Shown here: piece after piece, positions 54,902-64,000 of the stretch
Layout: every line of letters begins with the position of its first letter
How positions within the stretch are numbered: position 1 is the stretch's first letter
Source of the DNA: Eledone cirrhosa
Lineage: Eukaryota
Length of the DNA: 64,000 bases
Direction: 5' to 3'
Assembly: GCA_964016885.1 (NCBI GenBank)
Contig: OZ024755.1
Coordinates: 3,968,001-4,032,000 of the forward strand
Translations under genes and position numbers: made by a program
The notes under the pieces: model-generated
The model's database searches: none
What the model was told of the DNA's origin: nothing
The model's input: the letters and a program-made list of their open reading frames with translations, nothing else

Positions 54902-55054
54902 CTGATGATTTCTAAAGAATGAGACAGTTCTAGTCCTGTAGAATCTCATCTATATATATATATAGGAACGAGTCCTATTACCCACTCTATTACCCTAAGT
55001 TTTGAGTACTTTGGTGCGTTATGGTCCACCTGGTTCCTTACCACATTTCTTCCG

Positions 55055-55096
<42 letters not shown>

Positions 55097-55106
55097 AGAG
55101 AGAGAG

Positions 55107-55267
55107 AAGTAGTATCACAACAGTTATTTCACCTTGCGAATCTTCAGCTCGGTGAAACAATTGTTCTCGGTATGGTGAACTAACTGTTGTGTAACCACTT
55201 CTACCAAACTCGTCCCACGGACTGAGTGCTCTACCACTACGGATATAACCCTCCTCCAGTGTTCTAC

Positions 55268-55270
<3 letters not shown>
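55107..55270. mobile_element. TA-embedded cassette with an inversion through a hammerhead motif
   Basis: About 27-bp inverted arms 55107-55133 / 55174-55200; homologous to 57613-57678. Confidence 0.65.
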
Positions 55271-55331
<61 letters not shown>

Positions 55332-55676
55332 ATGGATCCAATATACATAGTCTGATTGTGTACAATGTTTAGAGCAAGCTGTTTGTAATACACATATGTA
55401 AAGAAAGACAAAACCGTACGTTCTTGGCAAGGAACTGTCTCTATGTAACTGACTACAAATATCTTAGGTTCTTGGCACTCTAATTACCAGTCTTGAGTTG
55501 AAAGCGCTTTCAGTCATATAAATGTTTTTCAACTCATACAGTGTCATCAAATGTACATACTGGTGTGAAAGAAATATTATGAAATTGCTAAAACATAACA
55601 CACCAGGAATAGTTTTGTTTTAATCACTGTACTGAAATATAAATATGCTTAAAATCTATTGTAGTCTTACAATAGT

Positions 55677-55975
55677 GGAGGTGCGTTGCCTAGTGCAAAA
55701 GGTGTTGGACTTACGATTATAATGTCGTGGATTCGATTTCTAGACTGGGTTGTGTGTTGCTTTCTTGAGCAAGTTATTTCATTTCACGTTGCTACGGTGG
55801 TAAGGATGTTGAACTTACAACCGTAATGTTGTAGTTTCGATTCCTGGACTGGGTTGTATGTTGTGTTCTTGAGCAAAACACTTAATTTCACGTTGCTCCA
55901 GTATACTCAACTAAAAATGAGTACCAGCAATAGCTGGGGGTTTAACCCTGTGATAGACTGGTGTCCTGTCCAGAG
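55677..55975 (+). mobile_element. SINE family B, partial copy followed by fuller copy
   Basis: Two tRNA-like heads with ttcgatt B boxes and ttcttgagcaa core; gatagactggtgtcctgtccag. Confidence 0.78.
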
Positions 55976-56543
55976 AGCAACCTTTCATCGTTTTGAGTTG
56001 GATAAAACATTATGAGTCTAGTACTGGGGTCGAATCTAGCTCCATTTCTCTTTCTCTCAATCTCACTTTCTAGCATCCTTTGGAAGGAATCAGACCTGGA
56101 AAGGAGAGGAGAATGCCAGGTTTAACAAAAGAAAAGCCCTAGAAACGCTGCATGTCAATACGGCGCCTCTACAAGTCCCTAGCCAGCTATGGACCCATAC
56201 ATACATGTTTGATCAGGTCTGACATGAGAAAAGCAAACAACAGATTAAAGCTGTCTCATGTTGCTGTTTATCGTATTAAATATCACATTAATTATTGATT
56301 TCTAGCATTGGCAGAAGACCAGAAATCTACAATAAAACCTGGTGATTGACTAGTTCATATATCATGGAACATATAACGAGGAAAAGAAAAGTTAAACTCA
56401 ACGTGTTTCACTCTAACAATTATGCCACATTAAATATAAATATTTTTGTTTTATCTTTATATTAATATTGATATTAACGTATTAAATTATTTAATTGAAA
56501 TAAACCGGAAAGGTTACATTGACCTCATTGTATATTGTTCAGG

Positions 56544-56632
<89 letters not shown>

Positions 56633-57069
56633 TCGGGGCCCGATGGCTGAGCTCCTGTCGTTTCGACAGCTAATCCCAGACTCATATATATGTATATGTA
56701 TGTATGTATATTTACACACTCACACACACACATACACACACACATATATATATGTGTGTATATATATATACATGTGTATGTATGTGTGTGTGTGTGTGTC
56801 ATAATGAAAGGCCAACTACATTTGTATGTTTCCATCAAAAGTAGACAAACAAAATATAAAAAGTGAAACAAGTTTGTCCGGATGTGGGGTGTTAAGTTGA
56901 AACACATAATAAGAGGAAAGGGAAATATAACATTTTATTGTTTTGTTCCTATCACTATGTTATTGAAGCTGTCTCTTTGCCTATTGTTTCCTACTGGCCC
57001 CGACCCTGGAGGGTTCGTGGCCCAGAATAACATGCACGAGCAAGGGAGAAAGTAGAGCTGAGAAAGGAA

Positions 57070-57208
57070 GAAGTGTGTTTGGAAGGGAGAGGTGTATTTA
57101 GAAGGGAGAGGTGTGTTTAGAAGGGAGAGATGTGTCTAGAAGAGAGGGGTGTATTTAGAAGAAGGGGATGTATTTAGAAGAGAGGGGTGTATTTAGAAGA
57201 GAGGGGTG
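57070..57208. repeat. 20-bp purine-rich minisatellite, about 7 copies
   Basis: gtgtatttagaagagagggg-like units. Confidence 0.8.
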
Positions 57209-57577
57209 GGAGCATAGATAGACATAACAAGGATTGGATATTTTTCGGTTCGGTTGTAATGTCACTCAATAGATTGATGAAATATTACTAACAGGAAGGA
57301 AGTAGATGTGTGTGGGGGGGTGAAGAGTGGTGTGAAAGGGAGAGGGAAAAGCTACAATAAAATAAGATCACTAAAATATATACAAAGTGGTATCATAGAT
57401 AATTATGGTAATGAAGGTTAAGAGAAAGGGGGGGAAGGGTGACATGGAAATCAATGGAAGAGGAAGTAACCGTTTTTAGGTAATGATAAGGACAAGGTCT
57501 GAAGAATATTTCTTACGTCTGTTATTACTGTTGTTGTTACATGATACTTTTTGGGATCATAATATGGTATGTGTGAA

Positions 57578-57615
<38 letters not shown>

Positions 57616-57690
57616 TAGTAACACAACAGTTAGTTCACCATACCGAGAACAATTGTTTCACCTTATGCGGATCTTCAATATATATATCTG

Positions 57691-57832
57691 GAAAAAAAGG
57701 AAAAGAATGACTTCACTTGTAGTTCTAAACAAATTGATTTAATTTTATAATACCAACTCATAATATTATAATATTATAAAATTAAATCAATTTGTTTAGA
57801 ACTACAAGGGAAGTCATTCTTTTCCTTTTTTC
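57691..57832. repeat. Inverted repeat with about 62-bp arms in TA context
   Basis: gaaaaaaaggaaaagaatgacttcacttgtagttctaaacaaattgatttaattttataata inverted at 57772-57832. Confidence 0.9.
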
Positions 57833-58179
57833 AAATATACCTAATTGTACCAAGGATCTCACACATTTTCCAATATATATATATATATATATGGATGGAT
57901 TCAGTTTGAAACTGGTTAGACCATTGCTCAAGAGCTCAACCGTCGGGCTCCGACTCTTTATAATATATATATATATATATATACAATAAGTTGACGGAAT
58001 TAGCGTTTTGTGTATGATATATTATTATTTTTTTTTTTTAAAGTGGATGATGGAGCGCGACTACCTGAAATGGAAAAAAAAAACGTTTTGTATATAGAAC
58101 TATACACGTGTGTTTGTGTGTGTGTTTGTGTGTGTGTGTGTTGTTATACGTCCGTACGAAACTAAGAGGATATGTGTGC

Positions 58180-58238
<59 letters not shown>

Positions 58239-58242
<4 letters not shown>

Positions 58243-58420
58243 CTGACCAAGAAGCTCTCATGGAATGACCAAATAAACTATATTTTTCAATAGAATCCCT
58301 GGAAAGAAACAATGCAGTTATTATTAATAAGAATAGTTAAAATGATATGTATGTTAGATTTCAAAGCTCTTGCATCATTCCTTCATTGTCAACCTATGTA
58401 CGTTTCAACCAACCCTCGTA
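58239..58420. mobile_element. Mariner-like MITE, single-unit form with left end lost in TA
   Basis: ggctgaccaagaagctctcatggaatgacc ... caaccctcgta. Confidence 0.72.
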
Positions 58421-58721
58421 AAATAAATTACTGAAATGTGGGATGCAAGCAGAGCTAATTCATTTAACGACTCAGTGAGCTTTAATGAATTGGATAAAAG
58501 CAAATAATATTCCGTGTGGAAAAGGAGTTAAGATTGTAATTACAACGAGGCAACCGACATAACTCTGTCATTTATGTGCAAGACATTGCCACTGCTAAAG
58601 AGTGATAATAATCACGTACACAGCTCATTGGTGACACTAAAATATCTCTTAGGAAATGAAAACATTCATTATATCTACAACGCATTCTCACACGAGATTG
58701 TTATATATAGGTTGTATCAAA

Positions 58722-58912
58722 AATAATTGTTTCTACGTTAGGCACAAGGCCAGCAATTACCCAGTGCATTACTGGTACTTTATTTTATCGACTCCGTAAG
58801 GATGAAAGGCAAAGTTAACCTCGGCGGGATTTGAACTCAGACTGTAAAGGGACGTAACTATGCTAGAAAGCATGGCGTCCGACCCTCTACTGATACTGCC
58901 AATTCACCGTCC
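58722..58912 (-). mobile_element. SINE family A, full length
   Basis: 16-bp TSD ttgtatcaaaaataat. Confidence 0.92.
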
Positions 58913-59095
58913 TTGTATCAAAAATAATCATCCGATTTTATTAACAATGTTTACAAATGTTCAATATATAAACAACTTTATATGAATTTATAAAAGTCAT
59001 AAGAAAACAAGAATACAACTCATATTCAGACATGTGTTGTACAAGTTACCGCATGATAATATGATCATTTATAAAAAAAAATATATATATATATA

Positions 59096-59258
59096 TACCG
59101 TATTTCCCGGCGCCGAGGACGCACCCTAATTTTGACAACCAAAAATTTGAAAAAAAATAATAAATAAGCAACCTTCGGCCTCCAGGATACATGGTAGATT
59201 TTTTTAGACTTATTTTAGGAGAAAAAAAGTAGCGTCTTCCACGTCGGGAAATACGGTA
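59096..59258. mobile_element. pogo-like MITE
   Basis: TA-ccgtatttcccggcg / cgtcgggaaatacgg-TA. Confidence 0.8.
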
Positions 59259-59354
59259 GCCTTTTTTATACACTCTGTACAACATCGGTGTCGACTTGCC
59301 TTACTATGTTGTCATTTCCTTTATGTATGCGGATGTGTGGGACAGTAGATTAAC

Positions 59355-59778
59355 AATAATCGGTAGAGCGTCGAACAACATGCTTCGTGGCATGGAGTTA
59401 TGGCCCTTTTGCGTTCTGAGTTCAAATCCCGCCGAGGTTAACTTTGCCTTTCATCCTTACGGGGTCGATAAAATAAAGTGCCAGTAACACAGTGGGGTCA
59501 ATGTGTTTATCGACTTTCCCCTCCCCCTTCAAATTGCTAGCCTTGTGCCTAAAACAGACACCATTATTATCATTATTATTATTATAAAGGTGGATTGGCA
59601 GAATCGGTAGAAGGTCGGACGCCATGCTTTTCAGCAAAAAGTTACGGCCCTTTACGGTCTGAGTTCAAATTCAGCCGAGGTTAACTTTGCCTTTCATTCT
59701 TACGGGGTCGATAAAATAAAGTACCAGTAATACACTGGGGTAATTGCTGGCCTTGTGCCAAAAGTAGAAACAATTATT
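59355..59778 (+). mobile_element. SINE family A long form followed by short form
   Basis: Core and tails match; attataaa on both sides of the second copy. Confidence 0.88.
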
Positions 59779-60347
59779 ATAAATAATTTCTTAGCACAGC
59801 AACATGCTACCTCAGGTTTCAAAGCTTACACTAGCGTCGGTCATAGTGACACGCTATATCTGATAGTGTTGCTTATCTTTCAAGCAATACCAATATATAT
59901 ATATATATATATATATTGAAGCTATTACATCCTATATATATATATAACAATAAATCTATCAATATTCCATATATCAGTTTACAACAACAACAACTGCAAG
60001 AACTACTATAACATCAACAACAACTGAAACATGCCTGCTCATAAGAAATGTTAGATTATATTTTACACGCTAAGCCTAGCTAAAAGTAAGAGATAACTCG
60101 AAACATTTGATTTAAACCACTTTGAAAATATCATTTAGAGATCTTAGGCTTTTTAGTAAATGACAGTCTTTGAAGCTAGAATATATTTTAGCAATTTTAA
60201 ATGGTTGATAAATATGGTAAACCCTATTTCAATTTAATATCAATAATCATCTTGAGAGTTGATGTTCGTTTACCATCCTCCCACTAGATAGAGAGCAAAC
60301 ACAATGGAATAGAGTGATTATATTTATTCTGGCTTGTATTCCTAGGA

Positions 60348-60610
60348 ATATGGCTTAGTGGTTACAGCGTCGGGCTTGCAATTGTGAGGTTGTGGGTTCG
60401 ATTTCTGGGCTGGGCGATGTATTGTGTCCCTGGGCAAGACACTTTAGTTTCATGTTGCTCTAGTTTACTAAGCTGTAGAAATGAGTTACTAAGTCACTGG
60501 TGCCAAAGTCATGGTAAAAACAGATGCCCCTAATGTGTCACGCCGGATGATCGAACCTGGAACTGCATAATTGTGAAGAGAACTTTTTAAACATGCAGCC
60601 ATTTCTGCAT
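60348..60610. mobile_element. SINE family B copy (plus) converging on a degraded tRNA-headed SINE (minus)
   Basis: tggcttagtgg, gggttcgattt, tgtccctgggcaagacac; minus-strand atggctg...ccaggttcgatc head at about 60500-60605. Confidence 0.65.
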
Positions 60611-60775
60611 CCACGAGAAATTGGATATAGTAGATATGAATTAGATATGAATACATATGAAGAGAGAATTGATTATATATGATAAATAACTGGAAGTGCG
60701 TGCTGTACATAATACACAGACACACATATGTATGTATGAACATTTTTGTTTTTTATGCTACTGATAGAATCTATA

Positions 60776-60827
<52 letters not shown>

Positions 60828-62480
60828 ATTATCGTTTTATTTATGCTATACATAGAACCTAGATGTTTTATAAATCAAACCTACCTTTCTAATAGAAGAT
60901 AGAAAATAAAGATTTTCTATATTTTTATTCATATTAAGCTTCATAAGCAAAAGTTGGTTCTATTTTATAAGGAACATAAAGTTAAATTCCTATCGAGTAA
61001 ACTAACTGCAATATGATTTCGAATTTCAATATTATTTTTGCTTAATAGAATTTTTAAATGGTTTCTTAATTTTATGGGGTTTTTTTTTATCAACTTAAAA
61101 TTCAAATTCAAAATAGAAATGCTGAGAAAAGCAAATTTAAACAAACTTAGAACTAAATTTCCAGCTCTCGAGAAACACTTGATAAAATTGCTAGTTTAAA
61201 AATAGAGGAATTGGTAAAGAATAGCTTAGCAGGGAGTTGCCTTATACTTCAACAGATATGGTCTTATTTGGAAGTTATTCGGAAGTTATTCTTACATTTC
61301 CTACAACAAATAATTACCTTTCCTTTTCTATTCAACACAGCTTCTATATCGATTTCCTATTGATAATAACTTTCAAAATTCTTTGGACATTGTTATTGCT
61401 GAGAATGCGGAAATTGGTTGATCAAATGAAGTGTTCACCTACTCAAAATTCTATGAGTTCAATTCTAAGATACTGCGGCTTCACGCATACTGGCCTCGAG
61501 ATAATAATTAATTTGGTAATGAACTTATAAGACTTTGCGACAAAACTGAAAAATAGAATGGTCATAATTATTCGGCCATTCAAGCCGCTATCGGCAAAAC
61601 AACGTAATTCAGAACCAAACCATATATATCATCGATAGTGGTTTGGTGTCTCTTTTAGTTATTCCGACGATACGAAAGCGATGTTTATTTTGAAATGTTG
61701 GCTAGTCTTCCGCGCTTGGCTCCACACAGGTACCAACGATGAAGAAATTGGTAACTACACGAAATATTTAACGATAGTGGTTAGTCGTGGTCATCTTGTT
61801 TATTTTGTTTATAAAGACACATTTAAGGATTTAAAACAATTCTGTTGTTAATTATTAGAAAAAACGAGATTGTCATGGGTGGGATACCTTTGATTACAAG
61901 AGTGTTCGATCTTGGCTGGAATGGAGATATCTTGGGAGAGATACCTTTAATTACAAATGTGTTCGATCGTAGCTTCAATGGTGCTAAAGAGCAACAACAA
62001 TACGAAGAAGAAGAAGAAGAAGCCAGCTATAGCAAAATATAAATAACTGTACTATACTGTAATGCATCATATTTTGTCATTACAGTATTTTGTTGCTGAG
62101 TCGGTGTTTTTCACGATATAACTACACAAGATTAAGCAGTACATTACTTGACAACATGCAACTAAACAATGTGATCATTATTATCCAATTTGAAAACTTG
62201 TTTCTGCTTTATTTTAGAAAATGGAAAGAGTGTAAGAATTGTTAATTCCTGATATTTATCATCTCGCATGAAAATATAATATTAGGAATTTACGTTGTTT
62301 GTTTGTTGGTTTGTTTGTTTGTTTGTTTATCATTATAAATACATGGCATTTGTATATATACATGGTATATACATTATATATACATACATACGTAAGAGCA
62401 AGCAGACACACACGCGTATCTATTCACATTTACGTACGCTCATACATCCATTCACACATATACACACACAAATATGTATG

Positions 62481-62517
<37 letters not shown>

Positions 62518-62740
62518 GTGTGTGTGTGCGTGTTTATATATATATATTATAAAGCGTCGGACCCGACAGATGAGCTCTTGCCGTTTCTTCATCTAGTTCC
62601 AGCCGTCGATTTAAACTGGTTTTATCGTTATATATATATAAATATAAATATATATACAATCAAATATAAATGCAGAGACAAGCACCATTCACACACTCAC
62701 ATACACACACTCACATACACATACATACATACATACATAC

Positions 62741-63028
62741 ATGGTGGCTGCCAACTCGTTTTCGAGTACGGCCACTACTTTATATCCATGTAGGAGAACC
62801 CCTACCGATGCGCTGAACGAGTGTGACTTTTTAGTCCAGCCAGCGACTTGAAAACTCTGGTACAAACACTACACTTGTGACAATTATTGACACATAGTGC
62901 TGGGCCCATGGTACCATGTGACGACAAGTGCAGAGAGATCTCCAGATATAAAGCAATGCCTGTGCCGTGAAGCTTTTATAGTGAGCAAAGGCACTGCACA
63001 AAGCCAGTCCCACTCTCTTAACCAAGAT
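62741..63028 (-). mobile_element. RTE-derived element, 5'-truncated copy
   Basis: 62802-62882 minus encodes CHKCSVCTRVFKSLAGLKSHTRSAHR*; (TACA)n on both sides. Confidence 0.78.
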
Positions 63029-63086
63029 ACATACATATATACACACATACATACATATATACATACATACATACATATATACACAC

Positions 63087-63696
63087 ATGGTGGCTGCCAA
63101 CTCGTTTTCGAGTACGGCCACGACCTTATATCCATGCAGGAGAACCCCTACCAATGCGCTGAACGAGTGTGACCCTCTAGTCCAGCCAGCGTATTGAAAA
63201 TTCTGGCACAAACACTACACCTGTGACAACCATTGACACATAGTGCCGGGCCCATGGTACCATGCGACGACAAGTGCAGAGAGATCTCCAGATATAAAGC
63301 AATGCCTGTGCCGTGAAGCTTTTATAGTGAGTAAAGGCACTGCACAAAGCCAGTCCCACTCTCTTAACCAAGATGATATTTACCAAAAAGAAGAACAAGT
63401 CATCATCATTGGATACCATCAGGGTTGCAGGTGTTATATCAGAGTTTTCCTTCTCCTAGAATTCTGCCTTGACAAAGGCTAAGGGGTCATCTCTCCCGGT
63501 GATTTTGGATGGCCATTGACTCTTAAGAGCTCCTTTGCCCTTTGACAGGTTTTGTTTTTAGTCCTGCAGGATGTCCAAAGTCACCCTCCTCACCAAGAAA
63601 CCTTGGTGGGGTTGCCAGTTTAGTCGCCAACGACCCGACCGTGAGACAGGTTGTACTGGGATACATGTTACCAGTAGCACCAACTGGTGACCTGAC
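63087..63696 (-). mobile_element. About 610-bp bipartite non-autonomous RTE-like element (5' UTR-like part plus 3' end)
   Basis: 3' part as in the other copies (CHRCSVCARIFNTLAGLEGHTRSAHW*); 5' part has aggcagaattctaggagaaggaaaactctga, recalled as RTE 5' UTR-like; (TACA)n flanks. Confidence 0.65.
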
Positions 63697-63874
63697 ACAT
63701 ACATACATAGATACATACATTTTCGCACTGTTTCCATTCACTAAATTTCACTCGCGAGGCATTGGTCACCCAAAGACAGAGAGAGGGGGGTAGATAGATA
63801 GATAGACAGAGAGATAGATAGACAGATAGACAATTAGACAGATAGATAGACAGATAGATATATATAGAGAGAGA

Positions 63875-64000
63875 TGATTGTTTCTACTTTTGGCACAACG
63901 CCAACAATTAATTCAGTACATTACTGGTAATTTATTTTATCTACCCCGTAAGGATGAAAGGCAAAGTTAACCTCGGCGGGATTTGAACTCAGATCGTAAA
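63875..64000 (-). mobile_element. SINE family A, runs off the window end
   Basis: Tail and core match. Confidence 0.88.

Overview
AT-rich, repeat-dominated eukaryotic intronic/intergenic DNA, inferred from recalled repeat content to be an octopod cephalopod (not database-verified). No protein-coding gene, tRNA, rRNA or CRISPR array can be firmly supported; almost all ORFs in the track are translations of (TA)n/(CA)n/(TACA)n microsatellites or minisatellites. The window holds about 30 copies of one young tRNA-derived SINE (often with 9-20 bp TSDs, often stacked), a second tRNA-derived SINE family, two RTE-type LINE 3' fragments, a three-copy RTE-derived element ending in a C2H2 zinc-finger codon run and lying in (TACA)n, several MITEs (mariner-, pogo/Tigger- and piggyBac-like), a Helitron 3' end and several minisatellites. 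The most interesting signal is a recurring set of sequence-unrelated short cassettes, mostly inside (TA)n tracts, that form long fold-back hairpins (arms about 30-148 bp) and/or carry minimal type-I hammerhead ribozyme cores (best: 51571-51609 minus, 22807-22853 plus, 4524-4564 minus). These are best explained as Penelope-like retroelement pseudo-LTR remnants with inversions. A few weak exon and promoter candidates are flagged. All coordinates were read by eye and may be off by a few bases.
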